DNA from: a virus
Length of the DNA: 64,000 bases
Virus record (IMG/VR): IMGVR_UViG_3300025015_000001
Reading direction: 5' to 3' (one strand)
Position numbers and translations under genes: made by a program. The notes beneath the pieces were generated by a model. That model was not told the origin of the DNA, ran no database searches, and saw only the letters and a program-made list of their open reading frames with translations. Numbering within the stretch: position 1 is the first letter of the stretch; the number at the start of each line of letters is the position of its first letter. Positions 27,448 to 38,072 of the stretch are shown here, one piece after another.

Positions 27448-29362
27448 TTATACTTACTCCATTATTTTTCTTAACTGTAATAATATTATTGAATTTTTCT
27501 TTTAAATTATCATTATGGCTTATTACAAATATACTGTCTTTATGCTTTATTTCTTCTTGTAACAATTTCATGATACAATCAATACCTACATCATCTAAAC
27601 TATCAAATATCTCATCGAATATACCCACATTAACACAATTTGATTTGGAAGTCAATAGAGATTGTAGTGCTAGCGAAATACATATATCAATTCTTTTCTT
27701 TTCCCCGCCAGATGTCTTCTCAAATCCATACTCTTTACCGTTCTTATATAGTTTTATACTAAGTTTATCTACTTCTTTATCATTAGACTTATTCACAGTA
27801 GTTGTATCAAATAATATTTTTATTTCGCTATTCGTTAAAAAATCTAAATAATAATTAGCTTTCTCAGTTAAAAATGGGACTATACTATCTAATAAGAATG
27901 ATTTAATTCCTGTATTAGAAAATCCTGTTTCCCAAAATTTATAATATTCTATTTCTTTTAATAAACCATCTTTAGCTACCTCGCAATTAGCAATAGTGAG
28001 CTTAATAATGGATAGCTCCTCAGCATATTCCTTTTTCATTTTTAAATAAGGAGCTTCTTCATCTTGAATTTTATTTATACTCTCAAGCTTTTGTTCTATT
28101 GTTGCTCTAATATGATCTTGAGCATTCTTATTAGCTTCGTGCAAAGCTATATTCTTTTCTATAGAATTTTTATACTCCTCATATTCTTTCCTACTACTAA
28201 GAGTTTCTTGTATTTTAGTTTTTTCTTTTTCCGCCGTCTGCTTTTCAAATATAAAAGCTTCCTTAGCATGAACATGTTGTACCAGCAGCATATTTTCAGT
28301 AGATAATTGTGTAATATATGTTTCTTTAAAATGTTCAGTACTTTCTTTTGTTATAGTTTGGCCACAGCTATCACAGTTGTCTCTACCATCGTTTTCTATA
28401 TTATCTATCTTATTTTTTATTATTTTTATATCCCTATTTAAGGCAGCTATACTATACTCTTCCTTTTTAATTTCTATATCAATTTTATGTATCTTATCAA
28501 GTACGTTTATATAGGCATCTCCGCTCCCCAGTGTCTTATTTAATCTTACTTTTATCTTTTCTAATAGAAGAGCTTGCTTTTCTATTTCAGAATTGTTTTG
28601 AGCATTTAATTTAGCTTGTAATTCTGTTATTTCATTCTGTATATTTTTTATCTTTTCTTTTTTAGTTTTATCATAATTTTCTGTAGAATTATCTATATTC
28701 GCTAATTTATTTGTAATATTTTTATAAGATAATTCATTATCGTTTAGTACACGGTTTATATTAGACATTTGTGTATTAAAATTCTTAATTGTTTCTTTAG
28801 TTTTAGCTTGCCACTGTTGTAAGACATCTAATGACAGTATTTTATCAAGTAATTCTTTACGCTCCTTATCAGTAAGCTCAGAGAATCTTTTAATATTACC
28901 TTGACCGAATACAATTGTGTTAGTAAATATATTCCAATCAAGATCAAATAATCTATTTATCTCAGCTTGGGTTTCTGCCATTGATGATTTCGTTAAGTAA
29001 GTAGAATGTTCTGGGTAGTCTTCGTACATAGCTAACTGCAAATTGTTTTTAGCTAAGTCATGTTTACGATTACGTTGTATAAAATATTTTGTATCCTTAT
29101 TTTCTATTACTAGTGTTACAGAACACTTTTTATTTTCTACATCATTTATTACATCATCGGCTTTTAATCCATTTAGTGTCTCTCCGAATAAGCACCATAA
29201 TGGGGCATGCACAAATGCGGTAGTTTTACCTGCAGTATTTGACGTGGCAAATCCACTATCTGTAATTTCGCCCTGAACTAAGCATAGACCTTGTGAAGTA
29301 AAGTCTATATCTAAGTCTTTATATTGCATAAAATTAGTGGCTTGTAGTCTAAGTAATTTCAT
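27440..29362 (-). CDS. SbcC/gp46-like recombination exonuclease ATPase subunit
   Basis: Walker A NTAGKTT, coiled coil with a CDSC zinc hook, SGGEKKR signature, IFDEIFD, ISH. Confidence 0.9.
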   Translation of the reverse strand: MKLLRLQATNFMQYKDLDIDFTSQGLCLVQGEITDSGFATSNTAGKTTAFVHAPLWCLFGETLNGLKADDVINDVENKKCSVTLVIENKDTKYFIQRNRKHDLAKNNLQLAMYEDYPEHSTYLTKSSMAETQAEINRLFDLDWNIFTNTIVFGQGNIKRFSELTDKERKELLDKILSLDVLQQWQAKTKETIKNFNTQMSNINRVLNDNELSYKNITNKLANIDNSTENYDKTKKEKIKNIQNEITELQAKLNAQNNSEIEKQALLLEKIKVRLNKTLGSGDAYINVLDKIHKIDIEIKKEEYSIAALNRDIKIIKNKIDNIENDGRDNCDSCGQTITKESTEHFKETYITQLSTENMLLVQHVHAKEAFIFEKQTAEKEKTKIQETLSSRKEYEEYKNSIEKNIALHEANKNAQDHIRATIEQKLESINKIQDEEAPYLKMKKEYAEELSIIKLTIANCEVAKDGLLKEIEYYKFWETGFSNTGIKSFLLDSIVPFLTEKANYYLDFLTNSEIKILFDTTTVNKSNDKEVDKLSIKLYKNGKEYGFEKTSGGEKKRIDICISLALQSLLTSKSNCVNVGIFDEIFDSLDDVGIDCIMKLLQEEIKHKDSIFVISHNDNLKEKFNNIITVKKNNGVSIIE

Positions 29363-29643
29363 TAGGCGGGCTTCTCATTATAAGAAGAGCATTCTTCTTG
29401 CTCACGAGGATCATATTCCTCCCAATCGTTATATAGTTTGTCTATATCAGGAATTCTACTATCTAAAGAAACAGGATGATCCTTCCAGTATACCTTGGGG
29501 ACAATAGTACCGATTCTATTTTTATTTAATGCAGGAAAAGCACTTTTGGCTAGGTCTTCTTCTGTGTATATTTTCGTTGGATCACCTTTTCTAAATATAG
29601 CAGATCTTACGTGACATGTTTCCTTAGCTTCCTGGTATGTCAT
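29362..29643 (-). CDS. hypothetical protein
   Basis: ORF in the operon. Confidence 0.6.
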   Translation of the reverse strand: MTYQEAKETCHVRSAIFRKGDPTKIYTEEDLAKSAFPALNKNRIGTIVPKVYWKDHPVSLDSRIPDIDKLYNDWEEYDPREQEECSSYNEKPA

Positions 29644-30037
29644 TCATTGCCTCCCAAAATCTTTCGGGTAAATAAACATTTTCTAAGTCTATTGCATCCT
29701 TAAAAAGGGGAGCTATATCTTGCGGTGCATACCCACAAAGCCCACAACCTACTTCCGTAACAAGAAAAATTAAATCTCTACGTTCTTTAGCAACATTTAT
29801 GAATGTATCTACATGCTGTCCTATAGCTGCTACAGATAATGGTGTATATGGGCGTAATTTTTCTATTGTAGGCAATGCGTATGTGCTGCCGCATAAACCT
29901 TCTCCTACTCCTATTTCCGCGCCCCATTGTAATGCAGTTTTGGCAGCCCCTCGTCCATGGATTCCTTGTAAATTTGCACCAAAAATAAACACTTCATTAT
30001 TTTTTAAACTCATAATATTTTCTGGGGTGACTCTCAT
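29624..30037 (-). CDS. conserved phage protein (A1S_2505-like family)
   Basis: EVFIFGANLQGIHGRGAA...GEGL.GSTYALPT...VTEVGCGLCGY. Confidence 0.7.
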   Translation of the reverse strand: MRVTPENIMSLKNNEVFIFGANLQGIHGRGAAKTALQWGAEIGVGEGLCGSTYALPTIEKLRPYTPLSVAAIGQHVDTFINVAKERRDLIFLVTEVGCGLCGYAPQDIAPLFKDAIDLENVYLPERFWEAMNDIPGS

Positions 30038-30252
30038 ACCCAAAACTTCCACCATTTACGCTTATAGTAAGAACAGCCATTAGTATCTTTTTTATTAGGA
30101 TAATCATCCGAATATATGGTTAAATTAATGCACTTTTTATAGTCTCCATATATGTAGTCTGTTACAACTTCTCCTGTTGGAGCTGCACAATAATCCGCCG
30201 TATATTGGTGGCGGCTAAAATATACACAATCTATACAATACACTTTACTCAT
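30034..30252 (-). CDS. hypothetical protein
   Basis: ORF with Cys motifs. Confidence 0.55.
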   Translation of the reverse strand: MSKVYCIDCVYFSRHQYTADYCAAPTGEVVTDYIYGDYKKCINLTIYSDDYPNKKDTNGCSYYKRKWWKFWV

Positions 30253-31289
30253 TTCATTATCCCCATTCCTTTACTAAGCAATACTTTTTTATCTAATTCT
30301 GTTTTACTATTTTTTACGTATGTTTTTAATATCTTATCCCATGACATATCTAAATCAATATTAGTGCGTTTCTTATTTTCATTCTGCAATTTATAATTTA
30401 TTACACAAAATTTAAACTGCTCTTTTATATTTTTTATATCGCTTTCTTTTAGTGCCTTATTAAAATTTATCTTGTAGTAATTATAGCAATCTCCGCTGTA
30501 TTTGTCAACATCATTTTCATCTATTTCCCTAAATTCAGGATATTTTGTTTTTATAAAATCAATTTTTTTAGTTTCGATATCTAATACTAAAAAGCCTTTA
30601 TCCTGCCACTTATCCCCCCAATCCTGGTGTAATAGTGATCCTATATTAAATACATTGTGATGAAATTGTTGATATTTATGTATATGCCCATTAAATACAA
30701 AATCAAAATTATCTGATAATGTTTTGCTATCTAAACCCTCCTCGAATATATATCCTGCTGGGGTCTGCGAGCCTACTATATCGTTATGGGATAATAATAT
30801 ATTTAAATAGTATCTATCTTTAACTTTTTCTAAAATCCCGTCAACTAGTTCAGTATGCTCTAATGATAGTATTTGTATATAATCATTATTTAAAGAGTCA
30901 CTTATATTTTTAGATAGGGTACACCATTTATGCGTATCTAACAATTCTATATTTTCCATACTCTCTAATATTTTTAAAGAATTATACGCAGTATTTTTGG
31001 TATATGAATCGTGATTACCTGGTAGTATTATTAACCTATCTATTTCATTAGATAATTCTATAATCTTTTTTAGCGTAAGATTATGTGTAAGTGTATCTAC
31101 TGCAGGCCGTGTATGAAATAAATCGCCAGCAAAACACACATACTTAATATTATTTTCTATAGCATATATTTTAATTTGGTCGATAATATCAAGGCAGTAT
31201 TGTAGTCTTGAATTTATACCATTATTATTAATATATGCAAATTCAGAAAATTGGTGTGCGTGTAGGTCGGAAAAGAATAATATTTTCAT
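30249..31289 (-). CDS. SbcD/Mre11/gp47-like metallophosphoesterase nuclease subunit
   Basis: FSDLH, AGDLFH, PGNHD, NGHIH. Confidence 0.9.
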   Translation of the reverse strand: MKILFFSDLHAHQFSEFAYINNNGINSRLQYCLDIIDQIKIYAIENNIKYVCFAGDLFHTRPAVDTLTHNLTLKKIIELSNEIDRLIILPGNHDSYTKNTAYNSLKILESMENIELLDTHKWCTLSKNISDSLNNDYIQILSLEHTELVDGILEKVKDRYYLNILLSHNDIVGSQTPAGYIFEEGLDSKTLSDNFDFVFNGHIHKYQQFHHNVFNIGSLLHQDWGDKWQDKGFLVLDIETKKIDFIKTKYPEFREIDENDVDKYSGDCYNYYKINFNKALKESDIKNIKEQFKFCVINYKLQNENKKRTNIDLDMSWDKILKTYVKNSKTELDKKVLLSKGMGIMK

Positions 31290-31569
31290 TTTGATTGGTA
31301 GTGCTTTCTCATGAACAGCATAAAGTCTTCTCCATCCTTTTTAACATTACACACGTAGTCTGCTGAATCGATTGCGCTAATAAGTTGCATAGTTACCTCC
31401 TTAAAAAAATTTGGCATAGAAAGAATATTAAAATAGAAAATATAACAAGCCGTATGGCATATTTACAATTATACAATAATTTTGGGGCAAAGCAGCTCAA
31501 CAACAACGAAAAGTCTGCAACAACCCTAACCAAGTACTATGATATCCATCTAATATTCCTTATCGGCTA

Positions 31570-31640
31570 TAGCTCCCAGTAGGATTCAAACCTACGTCTT
31601 CTCTACTACAAGTAGAGGCTTTGATTAAGCTACAGAAGCC
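31570..31640 (-). tRNA. tRNA-Thr(UGU), no encoded CCA, atypical T-loop
   Basis: Anticodon arm CTCTA-CTTGTAG-TAGAG; T arm GTAGG-TTTGAAT-CCTAC; wobble-rich acceptor stem. Confidence 0.7.
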
Positions 31641-31887
31641 ATTAACCTATCTATGCCAAAACTTAGGTTTAGCACATAACCAGTCATTATTTATTTTCTA
31701 ATGGTGGCCACAAAAAAGAGACTAACAGATCTGGTTTTTCAATGATGTCACATGCTTGACTGCACTTATTACAAATATGATACAAAGTTACAATCCCACT
31801 AATACGAAATGTTGCCTGACAGCAACTAGATACTTTCATAGTACAAATCCCTTGTTATTTATTTCCATAAACCCCCACTGTCTAACG

Positions 31888-32163
31888 TTATTTCAATGCC
31901 TCAAATACATCATCTGTACTTACAATAATATTTAAATTTGTTACAGCATTAGACTGCTTTATAGCAGACTCAAGTGTAAACAATATCTGATTAAGGGCTA
32001 CCAACTTCTTATCTACCTCTAACACATTATACAATGGTTCAGATGTCTTGTTCGTAGCAGAATAATATGTCTCCTTTACAGACACCTGATCCCTGAGCTT
32101 TTCTAGTGAATTTGTCCTTTGCTTGATTGCTTTTACTAACTGTAGTGATTCACTTACTGTCAT
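31888..32163 (-). CDS. hypothetical protein
   Basis: GGAGG SD. Confidence 0.7.
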   Translation of the reverse strand: MTVSESLQLVKAIKQRTNSLEKLRDQVSVKETYYSATNKTSEPLYNVLEVDKKLVALNQILFTLESAIKQSNAVTNLNIIVSTDDVFEALK

Positions 32164-32179
32164 TTGTTTCCTCCTCTCT

Positions 32180-32530
32180 TTATTTTAATATCCCACCACA
32201 TTTTTTACATTTCAACTCTAAACTCTTATGCTTTACTGCATTCCTACTTAGTAAAAATAATTCCTGAGTATGACTACAAGATAAGCATCTCATAACTTTT
32301 TTATACTTAAATACATTCCCACCAGATATTTGTCTAGGAATTTTGTGTGTATTTGCCAGCCTTAGCACAGTAGCGTGACTTTTGTTTCCTATTATATAAT
32401 CTGATATTTCTGTTAGGGATAATCCTTTTTCATTATAAAAATAATTTATGAAATATGCTACGGGGTCCTCCCCTTCCGGAATCTCATCAAAATAATTTTT
32501 AATAAATCTTTTAGCTTCGCAGGGTTTCAT
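32180..32530 (-). CDS. HTH-like plus zinc-ribbon protein
   Basis: GLSLTEIS..IG (HTH-like); CLSC...CKKC. Confidence 0.6.
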   Translation of the reverse strand: MKPCEAKRFIKNYFDEIPEGEDPVAYFINYFYNEKGLSLTEISDYIIGNKSHATVLRLANTHKIPRQISGGNVFKYKKVMRCLSCSHTQELFLLSRNAVKHKSLELKCKKCGGILK

Positions 32531-32549
32531 ACAGCTCCAATAAAATTAT

Positions 32550-33527
32550 TTACTTCTTCAAACTAGCTAATATTTCTTTTTCCTCATCATCCAATTCAGA
32601 AGAATCTTCTGTTGATTTGTTTTCTGAATTTTCTATACAAAGTCCTTCCCATGAACATTTCTCACACAATTCAGATGTTTCATCAAATTCACCAAAACAT
32701 GGAGGCTGCTTCTTGGATTTCTTCTCTTCCTTCTTAATAGGATCGTTCTGTACTAGGGGATCTTCCTTTTTAATGGAAAAGAATTCAGGTATCTCATCTA
32801 TTTTTGTAGGTACCACTATCGGTTGTTCTACTGGGGGAATCTCTTTAGAAAGCATATCCCCCTTCATCATCCTAGACAAATCTTCGTACGATTTAAATGT
32901 AGGCTTAATCATAGCATATGGGTCTATAATCTTATCTAACCATTCTTTATTCTGTATAGGAGAAGGATCGTCTGCTCTTTTACTCTTAAAATATCTAGGC
33001 TCTTTCTGGGAGCCATCCCTAACTATCATAAAATTATAACCTTTTTCAGGGTCAGATAGATCATGCTTCTCATCCCAAACATTCATTATTATTTCGTATA
33101 ACGTCTGAGCGCATGTGAATAATCTTACTCCCTTCTCCGGCTCCTTGAGATCAACTATATTAAATATATATCTAGGAGTAGCTTTTATCCTATTGGACAT
33201 TGCCTTATCTTCCTGCGCAGTAGAATTATATAGCTCATGAGCACTATCACACAGAGGACACGTAGCGTTCCAATCTCTAGATGGTCTTCCCTTCTTTGGA
33301 TCGAATTGCCCATTAGACTTTGGGCACCACACAGACCAGTTATTTGGCCCAACATTATAGTGCTTATACATTGCTGCGATTGTATTAATATCAGAAACAG
33401 GATTATTTATAAATCTTATTTCATTCTCGCCCTGAGATGGTGTCCACCATAATGAATCTGTCTCAGTCTTACCATTATTCTTTTCTGTGGCACTCCACTT
33501 TTTCATACTAGCAATATCAATTTTCAT
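32550..33527 (-). CDS. single-stranded DNA-binding protein (T4 gp32-like)
   Basis: WTPSQGENEIRF, CPLC, LSDPEKGYNF, acidic tail; replication-operon context. Confidence 0.75.
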   Translation of the reverse strand: MKIDIASMKKWSATEKNNGKTETDSLWWTPSQGENEIRFINNPVSDINTIAAMYKHYNVGPNNWSVWCPKSNGQFDPKKGRPSRDWNATCPLCDSAHELYNSTAQEDKAMSNRIKATPRYIFNIVDLKEPEKGVRLFTCAQTLYEIIMNVWDEKHDLSDPEKGYNFMIVRDGSQKEPRYFKSKRADDPSPIQNKEWLDKIIDPYAMIKPTFKSYEDLSRMMKGDMLSKEIPPVEQPIVVPTKIDEIPEFFSIKKEDPLVQNDPIKKEEKKSKKQPPCFGEFDETSELCEKCSWEGLCIENSENKSTEDSSELDDEEKEILASLKK

Positions 33528-33548
33528 TATTCCCCTCCTTTTTATATT

Positions 33549-33884
33549 TTATATTAAATTCATCCTCGCCCTTTCCATTGCCATAGTACTACGGGTCGCC
33601 TCAAATAAATTTTTATAAGCTTCATATTCTATAAAAGCTTCTCTTTCGTTCTTCTTAGCAGCACACATATCTATTATATGCTGCTGATATTCTTGCGATG
33701 CTAATGCTAATCTTTCTAATTTTGACTCTGAAATTTTTGTTCCATTAGATCGTAGTTCTAGATCAGTCTGAACTTTGGCTAATACAGTTTTCTTAAGATC
33801 ATCTAGTCGCTCTGCTACTTGTTTAGCCCCAACCCAGATCTTTCCTTTCTTTTCTATTTCTAATGTAAGTTCTTCTAGATTCAT
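33549..33884 (-). CDS. possible UvsY-like recombination mediator
   Basis: Helical coiled-coil protein between SSB and the polymerase; weak motif resemblance only. Confidence 0.4.
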   Translation of the reverse strand: MNLEELTLEIEKKGKIWVGAKQVAERLDDLKKTVLAKVQTDLELRSNGTKISESKLERLALASQEYQQHIIDMCAAKKNEREAFIEYEAYKNLFEATRSTMAMERARMNLI

Positions 33885-33944
33885 GTTAATTCTCCGATAA
33901 GTAACAATGTACCATATATTCACTGTGAAGTCAAGAAAAATATT

Positions 33945-36515
33945 TTATATTTTTAAGGGCTCTAGCTCACCCCAGTTTCTCCCGTACTCTAGATCAACCT
34001 TAATTGGACAAAGCTTTTCAAATGGTACTGGTACATTTTCCATAATTGTTTTAACTACTTTAGCAGTCCTCATTAGTTCGTCTGGAGGGCATTCTAAAAT
34101 TATGGAGTCATGCACTGTATTTATGATTCTAGATTTCATATTATTAATTTTAAAATACTTATTAATATTATATAGAGCTAACATTAACATATCTGAAGCT
34201 GAAGACTGAACAGGGGCATTGATCCCTTGACGCTCAGCAGATCCTTTTAAATATTTATTATTTGAATTTATATTCTCTATCTTACGTTTTCTGCCAAATA
34301 AATTCTTAACATACCCTGTTTTACGTATACCCGACAAAAGCTTACCATACCATCCAGGTAAGCCCGAATAGAGTTTAAAATACTTATTTCTTATCTCTTC
34401 CGCTTGCTCTAATGTAAAATCAGTATCATACCCTTTTTTCGCATATATTACAAGACCTTGAGCGGACATACCATAAATTAGTCCAAAATTTATTGACTTC
34501 CCAGCCTGCCTTTCTTTTTTTGTGATATCCTCTATTCTTTTATTAAAAATAGTTGCCGGTGTTATTTTATGAATATCTTTGTCTTCAATATAAGCCTGCA
34601 GCATATTTGTCTCATTAGCTATTATAGCAGCTATTCTTAATTCTATCTGAGAATAATCGGCCTGTAATATATACCAATCAGGATGAGAGGGAACAAACAT
34701 TTTCTTAATTTCTTTTCCCATATCCCCCCTAGAGGGTACGTTTTGAAGATTTGGTGTGCTGGATGAGCTGCGGCCTGTAGCTGTTACAGCTTGATTATAA
34801 TTACAATGTATTTTACCATCATTTTTTAAATGATCTTGTGTTAATGGTGTTATATACGTTCCTATAGCCTTCTCGTATTTTCTATATGCCAATAAGTCTG
34901 CTACAAATGAACTTTGATTTTCTAACTTCTTAAGAGAATCAACGTCAACAGATCTTTTACCTGTATCAGTTAATTTTGGGCATTTTAATTTTAACTCATC
35001 ATATATAAAATTAGCTATATCATTACTAGAATTAATATTAAAAAAGTCCTCTGCTTTCATTTTTTCAAATTCAGTTAGTAGCTTAACCGACTTAATAAAA
35101 GAATTCTGCCCATTTATATACTCATTATATGTCCATCTTTGTATTTCATTTTCTTTTTCTGGGTATAGCTCTGCGCCTAATTTTTTAATTGCCCTAAATC
35201 TTCCCGGTTCGTATAAGTTTCCTAGTAGCTGATTTTTACTATCTTCATACTGCTTGAGTAATTTAACACCTTGCGCTACATCTATTTTAGATCCAGTTAA
35301 TTCTATTTCGGTAAGAACTTCATTACCGGGCATAACTACACTAAAAAATAAATCGTATAGTTCTTCTTGCTTAAGTTTTTCCATTAGTATACTATAGACT
35401 AGCATTGTATTGTGCGTGTCTTCACAATTATATCGTGCTAAATCATTTAATGGAATCTTATCATTCTCCACACCGTCTTTTAGTACAGAATAATTTTCTG
35501 TGTATCCTAATAATTCTACTGCTAAACGTTTAAGATTATTAGAGCTACCATCCCCTTGTGCGAGCAGGGAATTGGCTAGCATAGTATCAGCATAAGCATC
35601 TATATTAGACAATCCCAATAATTGCATGGTATTTTTAATATCAAATTTAATATTGTGGCCTAAACGCTTAGAATTATTATGTAATATCTCATCTAAATAT
35701 TTTACTACCATATCTTTTGTATAGTCTGCTATTGTTTCTGGATGATCCACTGGAATACAAAAACTCTCTAATTTATCTGTAGTAAATCCTATCGTCATAA
35801 TCTTATTATGTGGAGAAAAAGCATCTAACCCATAATCTCCTCCTATAGTCTCTATGTCAAATGAATAGTATTCTGCTTCATTTAATTTTTGTTTAGCATA
35901 TTCTAAATCTTCTATAGTTTTACATAGCAAAAATTTAATATCCTGCCCTGATTTTATCTCATTATTAACTATTTTACGTGCTTTTATTAAATCATTATTA
36001 AATATTTCTATTTCATTCTTATTATTAAGAACGTATTCAATATCATATATAGGAAAAATATTCAGATTATTTTTCTTAAATAATTCCCCTCTGGTCTTTT
36101 TGGGCTGAGCTTTTCCTAAGAAAAATTTCTGAGGATAATCTCCTATAGCAATTATAAGTTTAAGATTGGGCATTTGCTCTATTAAAGCTATTAGATTTAT
36201 CCCACAGGATTTAACTTGATCAATGGGGAGTGTGAATGGTAATTTAGGAAGATTGCATAATAACGAATATGTTACTACACAATTTTCTGTTGCTATATTT
36301 GCATCAATTAAGGATTGTTTTAGAAAACGACCTTCTTGGGAGGCGAATGGGCTTTTATACTTTAGTTCCACTAAAGATGGGAAATTTCTTACTATTAGTA
36401 TTTCTGATGTATCTATGTCACCAAATACTGGTATTTTATTCTGATCTAATTTACAGGTACTGCAATCATAAACTTTTTTTCTGCTGGTTTTAACCAACTT
36501 AGGTAATGCCGCCAT
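33945..36515 (-). CDS. polA: family A DNA polymerase with an N-terminal UDG-like domain and 3'-5' exonuclease
   Basis: SFDIET, GHNIKFD, YNCED; QADYSQIELR, RQAGKSINFGLIYG, TVHDSI; N-terminal CSTC UDG-like domain. Confidence 0.93.
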   Translation of the reverse strand: MAALPKLVKTSRKKVYDCSTCKLDQNKIPVFGDIDTSEILIVRNFPSLVELKYKSPFASQEGRFLKQSLIDANIATENCVVTYSLLCNLPKLPFTLPIDQVKSCGINLIALIEQMPNLKLIIAIGDYPQKFFLGKAQPKKTRGELFKKNNLNIFPIYDIEYVLNNKNEIEIFNNDLIKARKIVNNEIKSGQDIKFLLCKTIEDLEYAKQKLNEAEYYSFDIETIGGDYGLDAFSPHNKIMTIGFTTDKLESFCIPVDHPETIADYTKDMVVKYLDEILHNNSKRLGHNIKFDIKNTMQLLGLSNIDAYADTMLANSLLAQGDGSSNNLKRLAVELLGYTENYSVLKDGVENDKIPLNDLARYNCEDTHNTMLVYSILMEKLKQEELYDLFFSVVMPGNEVLTEIELTGSKIDVAQGVKLLKQYEDSKNQLLGNLYEPGRFRAIKKLGAELYPEKENEIQRWTYNEYINGQNSFIKSVKLLTEFEKMKAEDFFNINSSNDIANFIYDELKLKCPKLTDTGKRSVDVDSLKKLENQSSFVADLLAYRKYEKAIGTYITPLTQDHLKNDGKIHCNYNQAVTATGRSSSSTPNLQNVPSRGDMGKEIKKMFVPSHPDWYILQADYSQIELRIAAIIANETNMLQAYIEDKDIHKITPATIFNKRIEDITKKERQAGKSINFGLIYGMSAQGLVIYAKKGYDTDFTLEQAEEIRNKYFKLYSGLPGWYGKLLSGIRKTGYVKNLFGRKRKIENINSNNKYLKGSAERQGINAPVQSSASDMLMLALYNINKYFKINNMKSRIINTVHDSIILECPPDELMRTAKVVKTIMENVPVPFEKLCPIKVDLEYGRNWGELEPLKI

Positions 36516-36689
36516 AGTATTTCTCCTTGATAACCGCCTGTTCGGATTATTCCTACTTATTTTGGTTATTATTTATACGTATTAGGTATACTAAATTTAG
36601 TGTTATTAACTTTTTACTGGAGTAAAGACATTATTATGACAAACATAATCCATGCTCCTAAGAAAAACCCACCGAAAAAATCACGCATA

Positions 36690-37019
36690 TCACGCATTTA
36701 TTATCCTATACAATTGTTTTACGGTTTTTATCTTAACTAATTTCTTATCTGGGGAGGCTTTGGCTTGCATCCCCTTTTTACCAAAGTCATTCTCAAACAC
36801 AAACCAACTTATCCAATTAAAATTATCACCAAATGATTTTTCTAATACGTTAATATAAGCATCTATGAAATAATTACCAAACTCTACTACGCCAGTATTA
36901 GACGGAGAGATCGCTTTTAGGAGCAAATCCAACTTCTTCTGCTCTTCAAAAAAATTCTGTAAGTCTCGTACAGCAATTTCTAGATCTTCACAAGTTAAAT
37001 TTGAGTTATTTTCAGACAT
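36690..37019 (-). CDS. hypothetical protein
   Basis: GGAG SD; WISWFVFENDFGK. Confidence 0.65.
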   Translation of the reverse strand: MSENNSNLTCEDLEIAVRDLQNFFEEQKKLDLLLKAISPSNTGVVEFGNYFIDAYINVLEKSFGDNFNWISWFVFENDFGKKGMQAKASPDKKLVKIKTVKQLYRIINA

Positions 37020-37316
37020 TATGTATCTCCTACATAGCAATCATTATCATAATCCCAATGACAAGTATCATCAATATAAAATATGAAATATATTCCAAAA
37101 AAGAATATTTCCAAAGTGATACCAGCATGGTCTATTTTTCTTGACCAAAAAAGTTTGTTGCTAATAAACTTACTATATTTAGTACAAAATTAAAATAGTG
37201 CTCTGTCGTGAGAATAGAAAAATTTAATTTTAGAAATGTACTAAAGTATGGTTTAGACAAGGCTATAAATATGCGTGTTTGTTGTGGATGTCGCACCCCC
37301 CCATAACTAATATTAC

Positions 37317-37601
37317 TTAGTTAAGTACCTCCGATAATGCTGTTGCTGTCTTAAACTTAACTACTTTCTTTGCTGGGATCTTAAGTGCCTCCCCTGTCTT
37401 AGGGTTCCTGCCATTGCGTGCTGCCTTCTGCTGCACAACCAACTTACCTACACCCTTTATAAGGAATTCATCCCCATTTTCAAGTGTCTCCCTGATTGCA
37501 TTTGAGATTACTTCAAGTGTACCTGCCGCTGCTTTCTTTGAAATATCAAGCTCACTTGCTAGCGTCTCTACTAATTCTGCTGTGTTCATTCTAGTCTCCA
37601 T
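37317..37601 (-). CDS. hup: HU histone-like DNA-binding protein
   Basis: MNTAELVETLA; GVGKL; ARNGRNPKTGEALKIPAKKVVKFK. Confidence 0.93.
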   Translation of the reverse strand: METRMNTAELVETLASELDISKKAAAGTLEVISNAIRETLENGDEFLIKGVGKLVVQQKAARNGRNPKTGEALKIPAKKVVKFKTATALSEVLN

Positions 37602-38072
37602 TTTTTTTAATTTAATTTTTTATTAAAATATAATTTTCTTAATATAAGTACTCTTAATCTGATTAAGAGTCATAGAAGCTACTTCCTTCTCCACAGTGCT
37701 TTTGCGCTTTGCCATTACAGCAAGATCGCTATTCACACATTTTACCAGATTTCCTATCTTATCTACTGCCACAAACCATTCATTCTTTTTTAAGCTGGCC
37801 ATTTTTTTAACCTCCTTTCTTTAATTTTTTTCTGCTCGCTCTCGCTATGTCCCAATGTCTAGTTTTGGTAGAATTACTTTTCTTCTCATGTCTTTCGGCG
37901 AATCACCGACAGTATGTGACACATTAGCAATCTTTATAAATAGATATTACCATGAATTTAGTGCAAAGTCAAGAAAAATCTTATCCGCATTTATTGTAAT
38001 TACAAGATAGACATTTTCTACAGCCTTCTTGAAACACTAAAGCATCGCCGCAATTAGGGCAGGTGTTTTTAT

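Noticed and set aside
31690-31790. Second tRNA near TGGTGGCC
   Set aside because: It has a GGCCACCA-like 3' end only; no T, anticodon or D arms could be formed.
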